A DNA stretch of 25,591 bases from Bacteroidota bacterium. Lineage in GTDB: Bacteria; Bacteroidota; Bacteroidia; J057. The notes under the pieces are model-generated. The model had not been told where the DNA came from. It searched no databases and worked only from the letters and a program-made list of their open reading frames with translations. The position numbers and the translations under genes are program-made. Each line of letters opens with the position of its first letter. Position 1 is the stretch's first letter. Location: NCBI GenBank assembly GCA_039184535.1, contig JBCDBC010000001.1, positions 1 to 25,591 on the forward strand, written 5' to 3'. Below are positions 9,576 to 18,080 of the stretch, piece after piece.

Positions 9576-11345
9576 ATGAATAAGTTGATTATTCTCTCTT
9601 CCCTCCTTATGCTCTACCCATCTTTGTACGCCACTACCTATACCGTTACAAATAATAATGATGCTGGTGCTGGCTCCCTTAGGCAGGCCATCACTGACGC
9701 TAACGGAAACGCTGGAAGTGATAGCATCACCTTCAACATAGCAGGAGTTCCTCCTCATACCATTACGCTGGTAACGGTTTTACCAACGGTTACGGATACC
9801 TTATGGATAGATGGTGCTACTCAACCAGATAATGGGTTTGGGGGCACAGATCCTAAAATTGTTATTGATGGACTCCCTGGTAATGGTGCAGGGCTAAGTG
9901 TACAAGCTAGGGCCTGCCAGGTATATAGGCTCAGATTTACTGACTGTTTTGATGGGATAGAGTTTACGGGGTCTACTTCTGAAGGCTTCATAGTAGAAGA
10001 AAATGTCATAGACAATTATACTGATAAAGGTATTCAGGCATGGTTTACTACGGGAGGGACAATCCGAAGAAATTATCTGGGCGTTTATCCGGGTTCAAGT
10101 ACTTGTATACCTGGAACGGGCGGGAATGAGGCTATTGCTGTTCAATTTTCCTCTAATGTTCTTGTTACAGAGAATATCATGCCATGCTCAAATGTGAGTG
10201 TAAATATTTCTGTTTCAGATGGGAATACCATCACAGCTAACGAGATATACTCGTCAGAAAATGATTGTGATGACTTTAATCTACTGGGTATACAAGTCTT
10301 AGGATCTAATAACCAGATTGGAGGAACTGGAGCTGGCGAGGCTAATCTTATCTCTTCCAGGCAAGATGCTATCAGAATTGTAGGGTTCGGGTCCGGTTCT
10401 GTCAATAATGAAATCTCAGGTAACATTCTTCAATGTATTTCTGACAATGCGGTTAGTCTGCTGTCCAGTGGAAACAATGATAAGGCTGCCCCTGTCATCA
10501 CTTATGCTGACGGAGTACTCGTTAGTGGGACCGCTCAGGCAGGAGATATTATAGAAGTTTTTCGCCAACCAGATAATGCTAGCATAGGCTGTGTATTGAC
10601 TTCCATTCCGCAAGGAGATATCTACTATGGGACAGCTACTGCGGATGGAACAGGAAATTGGGTGCTAGCGGATGTATTTGAAGGGGAAGTTACGGCTACT
10701 GCTTATGATCCCATTAATGGGACCTCCCCTTTTACTACTCCTGTGGCTACTGGCTCCGCTTATACTACTTCCGTAGGGAATTGTCTGGGAGCCGTTTTGG
10801 ATGTTTTTCCTGTACTATTGGAGGTAGATGAACTGAGAAACCAAGAGGTCAAGTTGGTCTGGAGAACTTCCCAAATAGATCAACTGGCAAACATACATTT
10901 GCAGAGGAGTAAGGACGGCAGCCTGTGGGAAAGCATTTACACACATAGTATACCCCCGACTAAGGAACTTAAGCCTTCCGCCATCCTATGGGATACCCAA
11001 CCCCTCAAAGGAGTGAACTATTACCGAATTGCCTACCAAAGAACAGATGGCCTTTCAGGCTATTCTAATGCTGTTTCGGCACAGGTATTAGGAACATTAC
11101 TGATGGATGTTCTGCTAGTCAATCATCCCTCTAATGAAGCCAAGCTTCAGGCAGTAGGGGGAAGTTTTTCAGAGGGGACTATCATTAAAGTGAGAGACCT
11201 AAGTGGGCGAGTCATTTGGGGAATGCGTATTTCTGCCTCGAGTTCTAAGATAGAGCTTCCAGTTCGCGCCGTAGTTACAGGTATGTATGTAGTGGAAGTC
11301 GAGACTTCCGAAAGAAGTTTTCTCAAGAAATGGATCAGAAACTGA
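9576..11345 (+). CDS. Parallel beta-helix repeat protein with a T9SS type-A C-terminal sorting domain (paralog 1)
   Basis: Signal peptide, then 'YTVTNNNDAGAGSLRQAI', Asn/Gly-rich beta-helix repeats (NNQIGGTGAGEANLIS) and an Ig-like 'WRT..LQRSKDG..NYYRI' module. The C-terminus 'GMYVVEV...KKWIRN' is T9SS-CTD-like. Confidence 0.8.
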   Translation: MNKLIILSSLLMLYPSLYATTYTVTNNNDAGAGSLRQAITDANGNAGSDSITFNIAGVPPHTITLVTVLPTVTDTLWIDGATQPDNGFGGTDPKIVIDGLPGNGAGLSVQARACQVYRLRFTDCFDGIEFTGSTSEGFIVEENVIDNYTDKGIQAWFTTGGTIRRNYLGVYPGSSTCIPGTGGNEAIAVQFSSNVLVTENIMPCSNVSVNISVSDGNTITANEIYSSENDCDDFNLLGIQVLGSNNQIGGTGAGEANLISSRQDAIRIVGFGSGSVNNEISGNILQCISDNAVSLLSSGNNDKAAPVITYADGVLVSGTAQAGDIIEVFRQPDNASIGCVLTSIPQGDIYYGTATADGTGNWVLADVFEGEVTATAYDPINGTSPFTTPVATGSAYTTSVGNCLGAVLDVFPVLLEVDELRNQEVKLVWRTSQIDQLANIHLQRSKDGSLWESIYTHSIPPTKELKPSAILWDTQPLKGVNYYRIAYQRTDGLSGYSNAVSAQVLGTLLMDVLLVNHPSNEAKLQAVGGSFSEGTIIKVRDLSGRVIWGMRISASSSKIELPVRAVVTGMYVVEVETSERSFLKKWIRN

Positions 11346-11493
11346 TTTATTCTATTAGGAAAGAATTGCTGCATGATAGAAAACAAAAGAAGCTATAGAA
11401 CTACCACTTAATACTCATTATTGGCATTTAGAGAGCAAAATAGCTCTTCCAAAAAAATAAGGAGCATTTTTGAGAATAATTGAACCCAGGTAG

Positions 11494-13269
11494 ATGTATT
11501 TAAGAATAGGAATATTTTGCCTGCTCTACTCATTTTCTTTCACTTTCGCTACTACTTACACTGTTACTAATACTAATGACACTGGTGCAGGCTCCCTAAG
11601 GCAGGCCATGACTGACGCTAATGGAAATGCCGGTAGGGACAGCATTGTGTTTGATATAGCAGGTTTACCTCCTCATACCATTTCTGCTGTTACAGCCCTT
11701 CCCAATATTCAAGATACCTTATGGATAGACGGAGCTACTCAACCAGATAATGGCTTTGGAGGAACTGATCCCAAAATCATCATTATTCCACCGCCCCTTC
11801 CCTCTACAGCAGCTGGGTTAGTCTTGAGGGCACCTGCAAGTGAAATATGTCGTATTCGGTTTACAGGAAGTTATAATGGAATTCAGATTTTTGGAGGTGA
11901 CAGTCCTGATTTCCTCGTCGAAGAAAATGTATTCGATGATTTTATCAATAATGCTGTACAGGTGATTGGTGGTACTTCAGGTACTATTCGTACTAACTAC
12001 ATTGGCGTATACCCAGGCTCTACGGCTTGTATTCCAGGTTTTGCAGGAAATGAGGCGATTATGGTTATTAACTCTTCAGGGGTTTCTGTTCTGGATAACA
12101 CCATAGCCTGTAATAGATTAAGTGTCAGCCTGACGAGGTCTGATAATTGTATAGTCACAGGAAATGAGATTTTCTCCACGGGTAATGATTGTGATGATTT
12201 TGAAGCCACAGGGATTACCGTTACAGGAAATGATAATCAGATAGGAGGAACTGCGGCTGGGGAGGCCAATTTGATTTCTGCGAGAAATGATGCCATTATT
12301 ATCCTTGATGGAGGAGCTGGAGGCATCAGAAACAGGGTGACGGGAAATGAATTTCAGTGTATCTCTAGCAACGGTATCTTTCTGTTTGGAGGAGGGAATA
12401 ATGGAAAAGCTGCTCCAGTCATCAACTTTGCAGACGGAGTAGTAGTGAGTGGAACTGCCCAGGCAGGAGATGTTATTGAGGTGTTCCGTCAGCCAGATAA
12501 TACAGGCGTAGGATGTGTGCTTTCTGCTATCCCACAGGGTGATCTGTATTATGGTAGTGCTACTGCTGATGGAGCAGGGAATTGGGTCTTGGCGGATGTT
12601 TTTGAAGGAGAAGTGACAGCCACAGCCTATGATGCTACTAATGGTACATCCGCTTTTGCAACTCCTGTTTCTACAGGAGAAGCTTACGCCACTTCAGTGG
12701 GGAGTTGTCTTGGGGCTGTACTTGAAGCTAATCCTATTCTCCTACAGTTTGAGGGAATCAAAGATGGGCAAGTAAGCCTATCCATATACGCCTCCCAGGT
12801 TGATACACATTCCGAATTCAGGCTTGAAAGAAGGGTAAATTCAGAATCCTGGTTGACCATTCATAGGCAATCTTTTTCCCCATCTCCATCTTCTGCTAAT
12901 TCTCAGCTAATGAAGGATGAACAACCTCTGATAGGGGTAAACTATTACCGAATAGCTTACCAGGGAGAAAATGGGGAGATAAAGTATTCGAATATCATTT
13001 CGGCTCAGATCCATGGTGAGGATATAAGGGGAATTGTTCTCAAGGAAAATCCATCTATGGAACCCACCATTATGCCTTTAGGAGCTTCTTTTCCTGAGAA
13101 TACTAAGGTCTCAGTTTTTGATCTTAGTGGTAGAAAGGTTTGGGAGAAGCAATGGAGTGATTCTCAATCGGATATTCCCATTCCCTTATTACCCATAGCT
13201 GACGGAATCTATCATATCAGACTGTCCACATCAAGCAGTGTATTCACAAAGAAGTGGGTAAAAGGCTAG
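11494..13269 (+). CDS. Parallel beta-helix repeat protein with a T9SS type-A C-terminal sorting domain (paralog 2)
   Basis: Same architecture as 9576-11345 and co-linear with it (GSLRQA, DTLWIDGATQPDNGFGGTDPKI, EVFRQPDN, GNWVLADVFEGEVTATAYD, NYYRIAYQ). C-terminus 'GIYHIRL...KKWVKG'. Confidence 0.8.
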   Translation: MYLRIGIFCLLYSFSFTFATTYTVTNTNDTGAGSLRQAMTDANGNAGRDSIVFDIAGLPPHTISAVTALPNIQDTLWIDGATQPDNGFGGTDPKIIIIPPPLPSTAAGLVLRAPASEICRIRFTGSYNGIQIFGGDSPDFLVEENVFDDFINNAVQVIGGTSGTIRTNYIGVYPGSTACIPGFAGNEAIMVINSSGVSVLDNTIACNRLSVSLTRSDNCIVTGNEIFSTGNDCDDFEATGITVTGNDNQIGGTAAGEANLISARNDAIIILDGGAGGIRNRVTGNEFQCISSNGIFLFGGGNNGKAAPVINFADGVVVSGTAQAGDVIEVFRQPDNTGVGCVLSAIPQGDLYYGSATADGAGNWVLADVFEGEVTATAYDATNGTSAFATPVSTGEAYATSVGSCLGAVLEANPILLQFEGIKDGQVSLSIYASQVDTHSEFRLERRVNSESWLTIHRQSFSPSPSSANSQLMKDEQPLIGVNYYRIAYQGENGEIKYSNIISAQIHGEDIRGIVLKENPSMEPTIMPLGASFPENTKVSVFDLSGRKVWEKQWSDSQSDIPIPLLPIADGIYHIRLSTSSSVFTKKWVKG

Positions 13270-13391
13270 AGATTTCCAGCTTCTACTGGCATAGAAAAGG
13301 CTTATATTGGCAGATTAGCATAAGAGATGAGGCAGTGAAAGAGGTAATCTAGCTGTCAATTTCGTATATAGTGTTTTTCTAGCCATAGTTT

Positions 13392-14441
13392 ATGCGATTC
13401 GCCAGAGGCCTTTATATTTTTACTCACATAGCCATTTGGCTTACCATAGTACTCATCCTGAGTCCACTCCCCTTCGGCTTGCTGGAATTTACCGTAGATT
13501 CCTTAAGTCCAGGAGAAACCACCTTCTTCTTTATTTATGGAGCTATACTTAACGTAGTTCTATTCTACGTCTATGCCCATAACTCTCTACCGTCATTTTT
13601 AAAAAATAGAAAAGCATACGTCTTTCTCTTTACCAATGCGCTTTACTTGGTAGGCTTTACCCTTGGAGAAAGTTTCATTGATTTTCTGTTCTTTCTGGCT
13701 GTCCATCCTGAGGAGAAAATGCAGATCCCTTCCTTCTTTCTTAACAATGGTATTTCTAATCTTATTATGTTGATTACGGCTAACCTATACGGCTTTAGTT
13801 ATGACTGGATTAGACAGCAGAAAATCCGGGGAGAGCTGGAACAGGAAAAGCTGAAAGCTGAACTATCAGCTCTCAAGCATCAGATCCATCCACATTTCCT
13901 CTTTAATAGCCTGAATGCCCTTTACGGCATGGCCCTGAAGAGTAATGACGAAGATACAGCAGAAGGGATAGCCAAGCTCAGTCATATGATGAGGTATGTA
14001 CTCTATGAGTCCTTTGATGATAGAGTCCCACTCCTCAAGGAGCTGGAGTACATACGGAATTACCTGGATCTTCAGAGAATGCGACTTCAGGATAAGGTAG
14101 AGATTACCTTTGAGGTGAAAGGAAACCCGGAGGGCGTAGAGATAGGATCCATGATATATATTCCCTTTGTGGAGAATGCCTTTAAGCACGGTATCAGTAC
14201 TACCTTCTCTTCTTGGGTACATATATCCTGTGAGATTCATGAAAAGCAGATTCTCTTTATGATAGATAACTCCGTTCATAAAAGATCCTTTGAGGTGGAG
14301 GAAAAGATGTATGGGGGGATAGGAATCAAAAATGTGAGGAAAAGACTTCAACTCCTGTATAAGGGCGCGTTTGATTTAACCATCAAACAAGACCATTCTT
14401 TATACCAGGTAGTAATAGCAATACCTAAAAAACTACAATAA
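13392..14441 (+). CDS. LytS/YehU-type sensor histidine kinase
   Basis: About 4 N-terminal TM segments, H-box 'LKHQIHPHFLFNSLN', and HATPase motifs 'FVENAFKHG' and 'GIGIKNVRKRL'. Confidence 0.92.
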   Translation: MRFARGLYIFTHIAIWLTIVLILSPLPFGLLEFTVDSLSPGETTFFFIYGAILNVVLFYVYAHNSLPSFLKNRKAYVFLFTNALYLVGFTLGESFIDFLFFLAVHPEEKMQIPSFFLNNGISNLIMLITANLYGFSYDWIRQQKIRGELEQEKLKAELSALKHQIHPHFLFNSLNALYGMALKSNDEDTAEGIAKLSHMMRYVLYESFDDRVPLLKELEYIRNYLDLQRMRLQDKVEITFEVKGNPEGVEIGSMIYIPFVENAFKHGISTTFSSWVHISCEIHEKQILFMIDNSVHKRSFEVEEKMYGGIGIKNVRKRLQLLYKGAFDLTIKQDHSLYQVVIAIPKKLQ

Positions 14442-14442
14442 C

Positions 14443-15150
14443 ATGAGATGCTTAGTTATTGATGATGAGCCATTAGCCATAGAGATTCTGGCTCGCTTTA
14501 TAAAGAAAGTTCCCTTTCTGGAACTGGTAGAAACATTTGAGAATGCAGTAGAGGCATCTACCTACTTACAGCATGATAAGGTAGATCTTCTCTTTTTGGA
14601 CGTGCAAATGCCCGACCTGAATGGACTACAACTACTCCAATCTCTCTCAGAGAAACCATTAGTGATATTCACTTCTGCCTATTCTCAGTATGCTTTAGAG
14701 AGCTATTCTCTGGATGCAGTAGACTATCTCTTAAAGCCCATACTATTTGAGCGTTTCTTAAAAGCAGTCAATAAAGCTCAGAAGCTCCATCAACTCCAGG
14801 CACCCGGTTCAGAGATTATTGGAGAAGAGGATGACTTTATCTTCATTAAGTCAGACACTCGCTATTTTAAGATTAACTATGCTGATATTCAGTACATAGA
14901 AGGGATGAGGGACTATGTAGCTGTCCACACGCCGGGGCAGAAGATTCTCACCCTGATGAGCATGACCAATATGCTGGATAATCTTCCGTCGGGTGATTTC
15001 ATGCGGGTCCACAAATCTTATATAGTAGGACTTAAGCATATTTCCATGGTTCAGCATAATCGTATCAAAATTGGAGAGAAGGAAATACCTGTGAGCAACA
15101 CCTACAAGGAAGGCTTAATGAAGTACATTGAGAATAGAGGAACCCATTGA
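14443..15150 (+). CDS. LytTR-family response regulator
   Basis: Receiver domain (IDDE, FLDVQMP, DYLLKP) and LytTR domain (IEGMRDYV, FMRVHKSYIV). It starts 1 nt after the kinase stop codon (TAA-C-ATG). Confidence 0.95.
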   Translation: MRCLVIDDEPLAIEILARFIKKVPFLELVETFENAVEASTYLQHDKVDLLFLDVQMPDLNGLQLLQSLSEKPLVIFTSAYSQYALESYSLDAVDYLLKPILFERFLKAVNKAQKLHQLQAPGSEIIGEEDDFIFIKSDTRYFKINYADIQYIEGMRDYVAVHTPGQKILTLMSMTNMLDNLPSGDFMRVHKSYIVGLKHISMVQHNRIKIGEKEIPVSNTYKEGLMKYIENRGTH

Positions 15151-15214
15151 TTTGCCCTTCTTAATTATGAGCCTGAAAATAAAAACCTAAAAAGAATGTA
15201 AAATTTTCATTTCT

Positions 15215-15246
15215 TTTGGACATTCTAATAAAATACTTCATATTTG
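15215..15246 (+). promoter_or_regulatory. Predicted sigma-A promoter of the ilv operon
   Basis: TTTG (15215-15218), a 20-nt spacer, then CATATTTG (15239-15246). This matches the Bacteroidota TTTG-N19-21-TAnnTTTG consensus with one mismatch. Confidence 0.6.
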
Positions 15247-15250
15247 ATCA

Positions 15251-15266
15251 CGCTAAATTTTTAGCG
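15251..15266. promoter_or_regulatory. Palindrome at the predicted transcription start (operator or 5' hairpin)
   Basis: CGCTAAA-TT-TTTAGCG has perfect 7-bp arms and begins 4 nt after the -7 element. Confidence 0.5.
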
Positions 15267-15289
15267 CAAATAATATTGATAACTAATTC

Positions 15290-15343
15290 ATGATAGTCGT
15301 CTCTCAAATTCTGGGTATTCTAGTGCTCGTCTTTAGAAAGTGA
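15290..15343 (+). CDS. ilv operon leader (attenuator) peptide MIVVSQILGILVLVFRK
   Basis: ATG ATA GTC GTC TCT CAA ATT CTG GGT ATT CTA GTG CTC GTC TTT AGA AAG TGA. Ten of 17 codons are Ile (3), Leu (3) or Val (4). It lies between the promoter and the first ilv gene. Confidence 0.85.
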   Translation: MIVVSQILGILVLVFRK

Positions 15344-15404
15344 GGGTGGCTATATTTATACAATCTTTTATTGAAGCCATCCTCGATAACGAGGATGGCT
15401 TCAA
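15342..15404 (+). promoter_or_regulatory. Attenuator: antiterminator segment plus 15-bp hairpin
   Basis: The hairpin TTGAAGCCATCCTCG-ATAA-CGAGGATGGCTTCAA spans 15371-15404. GAGGGTGGCT (15342-15351) can alternatively pair with AGCCATCCTC (15375-15384), giving 10 bp with one G:U. Confidence 0.8.
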
Positions 15405-15439
15405 GCTTAATAGGACACTGTATTCGCAACTAGTTCAAG

Positions 15440-16327
15440 ATGAAACAGATCGGGAACATAGTATTCTGGGACCAAAAGTTTATCAATGCTGATCAGGCTT
15501 CTGTGTCAGTCTGGACCCAGTCCCTTCAATTTGGGAATAGTGTCTTTGAGGGCATAAGATCCTATGATACCGCCGCAGGACCGCGTTTATTCAAGGTAAG
15601 AGAACATTATAAGCGCTTTTTGCATTCCTCTAAAAGCGTAGGACTCAATGTCCCCTACAGCCTTGAGCAGCTAATAGAGATTTCCTATGAGCTTCTACAG
15701 AAAAACGGGTTTACGGATGCCTTCGTAAAACCCCTCCTTATTTCAGATCCAGGAACTAACCTGATGGAGAGTGATAAAGCACAGCTATGCATCATGGTGA
15801 AAGAATGGATACCTGAGCTGGAACTCAGACCCTCTTCACTGGCCATATCACGAATTCAGAAGCCGGACCCTGCCTCTCAAATCCAGGACGCAAAGATCTG
15901 CGGCCAGTATATTCATTCCCTGATGGCTACTACGGAAGCTGGGAAAAGAGGCTTTGATGATGCCATATTACTGGATAACAACGGCTATGTATCTGAGGCT
16001 TCTACTGCCAATATCTTTTTTGAGAAGGATGAGGTATTGTATACTCCACCTTGTGGGCATATTCTGCCTGGCATTACCAGACAAACAGTTATTGACCTTG
16101 CCAGAGAGCTGGATATCAGTTTGAGTGAGCGATTCATTACACCTGAATTTATGCTGGAAGCAGATTCAGCCTTTTTGACAAGCACTACCTTAGAGGTTTG
16201 TCCCATTGATAAAATTGAGAACCAGACACTTCCTCTTCAGTGGGAGGAAAGCGTAGGCTATATGATAGCTGAGAAATATAGAAAATTGACAACTGAACGA
16301 GATAACTTTCATTTTACAGTTATCTAA
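15440..16327 (+). CDS. ilvE: PLP fold-type IV aminotransferase, IlvE-like with divergent specificity residues
   Basis: Retains VFEGIR, HxxR59, the catalytic Lys152 (AKICGQY), Glu186 and ILPGITR, and is the first gene of the ilv operon. Several BCAT-defining residues differ (see findings), so the symbol is provisional. Confidence 0.7.
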   Translation: MKQIGNIVFWDQKFINADQASVSVWTQSLQFGNSVFEGIRSYDTAAGPRLFKVREHYKRFLHSSKSVGLNVPYSLEQLIEISYELLQKNGFTDAFVKPLLISDPGTNLMESDKAQLCIMVKEWIPELELRPSSLAISRIQKPDPASQIQDAKICGQYIHSLMATTEAGKRGFDDAILLDNNGYVSEASTANIFFEKDEVLYTPPCGHILPGITRQTVIDLARELDISLSERFITPEFMLEADSAFLTSTTLEVCPIDKIENQTLPLQWEESVGYMIAEKYRKLTTERDNFHFTVI

Positions 16328-16354
16328 GACTAACAAGAAGAAGGGCGACTACCC

Positions 16355-18037
16355 ATGAGTGAGAACAAATACAGCAAAACTATTACCCAGAGTGATTCGC
16401 AGCCAGCCTCACAGGCCATGCTACATGCCATAGGGTTGACGGATGATGATCTGAAGAAGGCGCAGGTAGGGATAGTAAGTACAGGTTATGAAGGCAATCC
16501 CTGTAATATGCACCTGAACGGACTGGCCACTCAGGTAAAGAAAGGGGTACATGAGGCAGGCTTACTCGGACTTATTTTTCACACCATAGGAGTAAGTGAC
16601 GGGATCAGTATGGGGACAGCCGGGATGAGGTATTCACTCCCTTCAAGAGACATAATCGCAGACTCAATAGAAACTGTAGTTCAGGCCCAATGGTACGATG
16701 CTGTTATACCTGTTGTGGGCTGTGATAAAAATATGCCAGGCGCCATGATGGCGCTGGGGAGGCTTAACCGGCCAGGCATCTTAGTATATGGTGGAACCAT
16801 AGCCTCAGGTCGGTACAAGAATCAAAAACTCAACATCGTCTCAGCCTTTGAGGCTTGGGGAGAACACGTAGCTGGCAAAATCTCTAATGAAGACTACAAA
16901 GGAGTCATCCACCATGCTTGCCCAGGTGCAGGTGCCTGCGGAGGGATGTATACCGCTAACACCATGGCCACAGCAATAGAAGCTATGGGAATGGCCCTTC
17001 CCTTTAACTCCTCTAATCCTGCAGTAAGTTCTGAAAAGAAGGCTGAATGTGCCAAACTTGGAGAGGCTATTAAAAGCCTGCTGAAGAATAATATTTGTCC
17101 CAGAGATATCATGACCAAGAAAGCATTTGAGAATGCGCTTACCATGATCATGGCACTAGGAGGATCTACCAATGCCGTTATGCACATGATCGCCATGGCG
17201 AAGGCAGCTGAGGTTTCCATAGACCTTAAGGATATCCAAAGAATCAGTGATAAGACGCCTTTCCTGGCTGATATGAAGCCCAGTGGAAAGTATTTGATGG
17301 AAGACCTGCATGCCGTAGGTGGTACTCCTGGAGTGATGAAGTATATGTTTCAGGAAGGCTATCTGCATGGAGACTGCCTGACAATAACCGGAAAAACCAT
17401 AGCTGAAAATCTGGAAGATGTTCCAGATTTGCGAGAAGGACAGGCAGTCTTTAGACCCATTGCTAATCCACTTAAGAAAACAGGCCACTTACAGATTCTC
17501 TTTGGTAACCTGGCTGAGGATGGAAGCGTGGCTAAAATTACCGGAAAAGAAGGCTTGCGCTTCGAAGGATCTGCCAGAGTATTTGACAGTGAGGTAGCTG
17601 CCAATGAAGCCATAGGAAAAGGTGAAATAAAGGCTGGAGATGTAGTCGTGATCAGATATGAAGGGCCCAAAGGAGGACCGGGAATGCCAGAAATGCTCAA
17701 GCCTACTTCCGCCATCATGGGAGCCGGCTTAGGAGATGATGTAGCACTGATTACAGATGGCAGATTCTCCGGAGGAACACATGGTTTTGTAGTAGGCCAT
17801 ATTACCCCTGAAGCCCAGCTGGGAGGAATGATAGGTTTGCTGGAAGATGGAGATAAGATCATCATAGATGCAGCAAATAACCTCATAGAGGTTGAACTGG
17901 AAGAAGAAGAAATCCAGAACAGAAGGGATGGATGGATACAGCCAGAACTTAAATTCAAAAAAGGAATTCTATATAAATATGCCAAGACAGTATCCACAGC
18001 TTCAGAAGGCTGTGTAACAGATGAGAACCTGAATTAG
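16355..18037 (+). CDS. ilvD: Dihydroxy-acid dehydratase
   Basis: Motifs [54 protein letters not shown] and TDGRFSGG. Confidence 0.98.
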   Translation: MSENKYSKTITQSDSQPASQAMLHAIGLTDDDLKKAQVGIVSTGYEGNPCNMHLNGLATQVKKGVHEAGLLGLIFHTIGVSDGISMGTAGMRYSLPSRDIIADSIETVVQAQWYDAVIPVVGCDKNMPGAMMALGRLNRPGILVYGGTIASGRYKNQKLNIVSAFEAWGEHVAGKISNEDYKGVIHHACPGAGACGGMYTANTMATAIEAMGMALPFNSSNPAVSSEKKAECAKLGEAIKSLLKNNICPRDIMTKKAFENALTMIMALGGSTNAVMHMIAMAKAAEVSIDLKDIQRISDKTPFLADMKPSGKYLMEDLHAVGGTPGVMKYMFQEGYLHGDCLTITGKTIAENLEDVPDLREGQAVFRPIANPLKKTGHLQILFGNLAEDGSVAKITGKEGLRFEGSARVFDSEVAANEAIGKGEIKAGDVVVIRYEGPKGGPGMPEMLKPTSAIMGAGLGDDVALITDGRFSGGTHGFVVGHITPEAQLGGMIGLLEDGDKIIIDAANNLIEVELEEEEIQNRRDGWIQPELKFKKGILYKYAKTVSTASEGCVTDENLN

Positions 18038-18080
18038 CAAGGGAAGCAAAGGAAATTTTTATTACTTAACAATCAATCTC

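Noticed and set aside
8898-14351. Minus-strand ORFs across the lipoprotein, T9SS paralogs and kinase (e.g. 8898-9194, 9510-9758, 10142-10426, 13866-14351)
   Set aside because: They overlap better-supported plus-strand genes and show no domain signal.
15151-15439. T-box or metabolite riboswitch upstream of the ilv operon
   Set aside because: No T-box consensus or riboswitch core is recognisable. The leader-peptide model explains the region.
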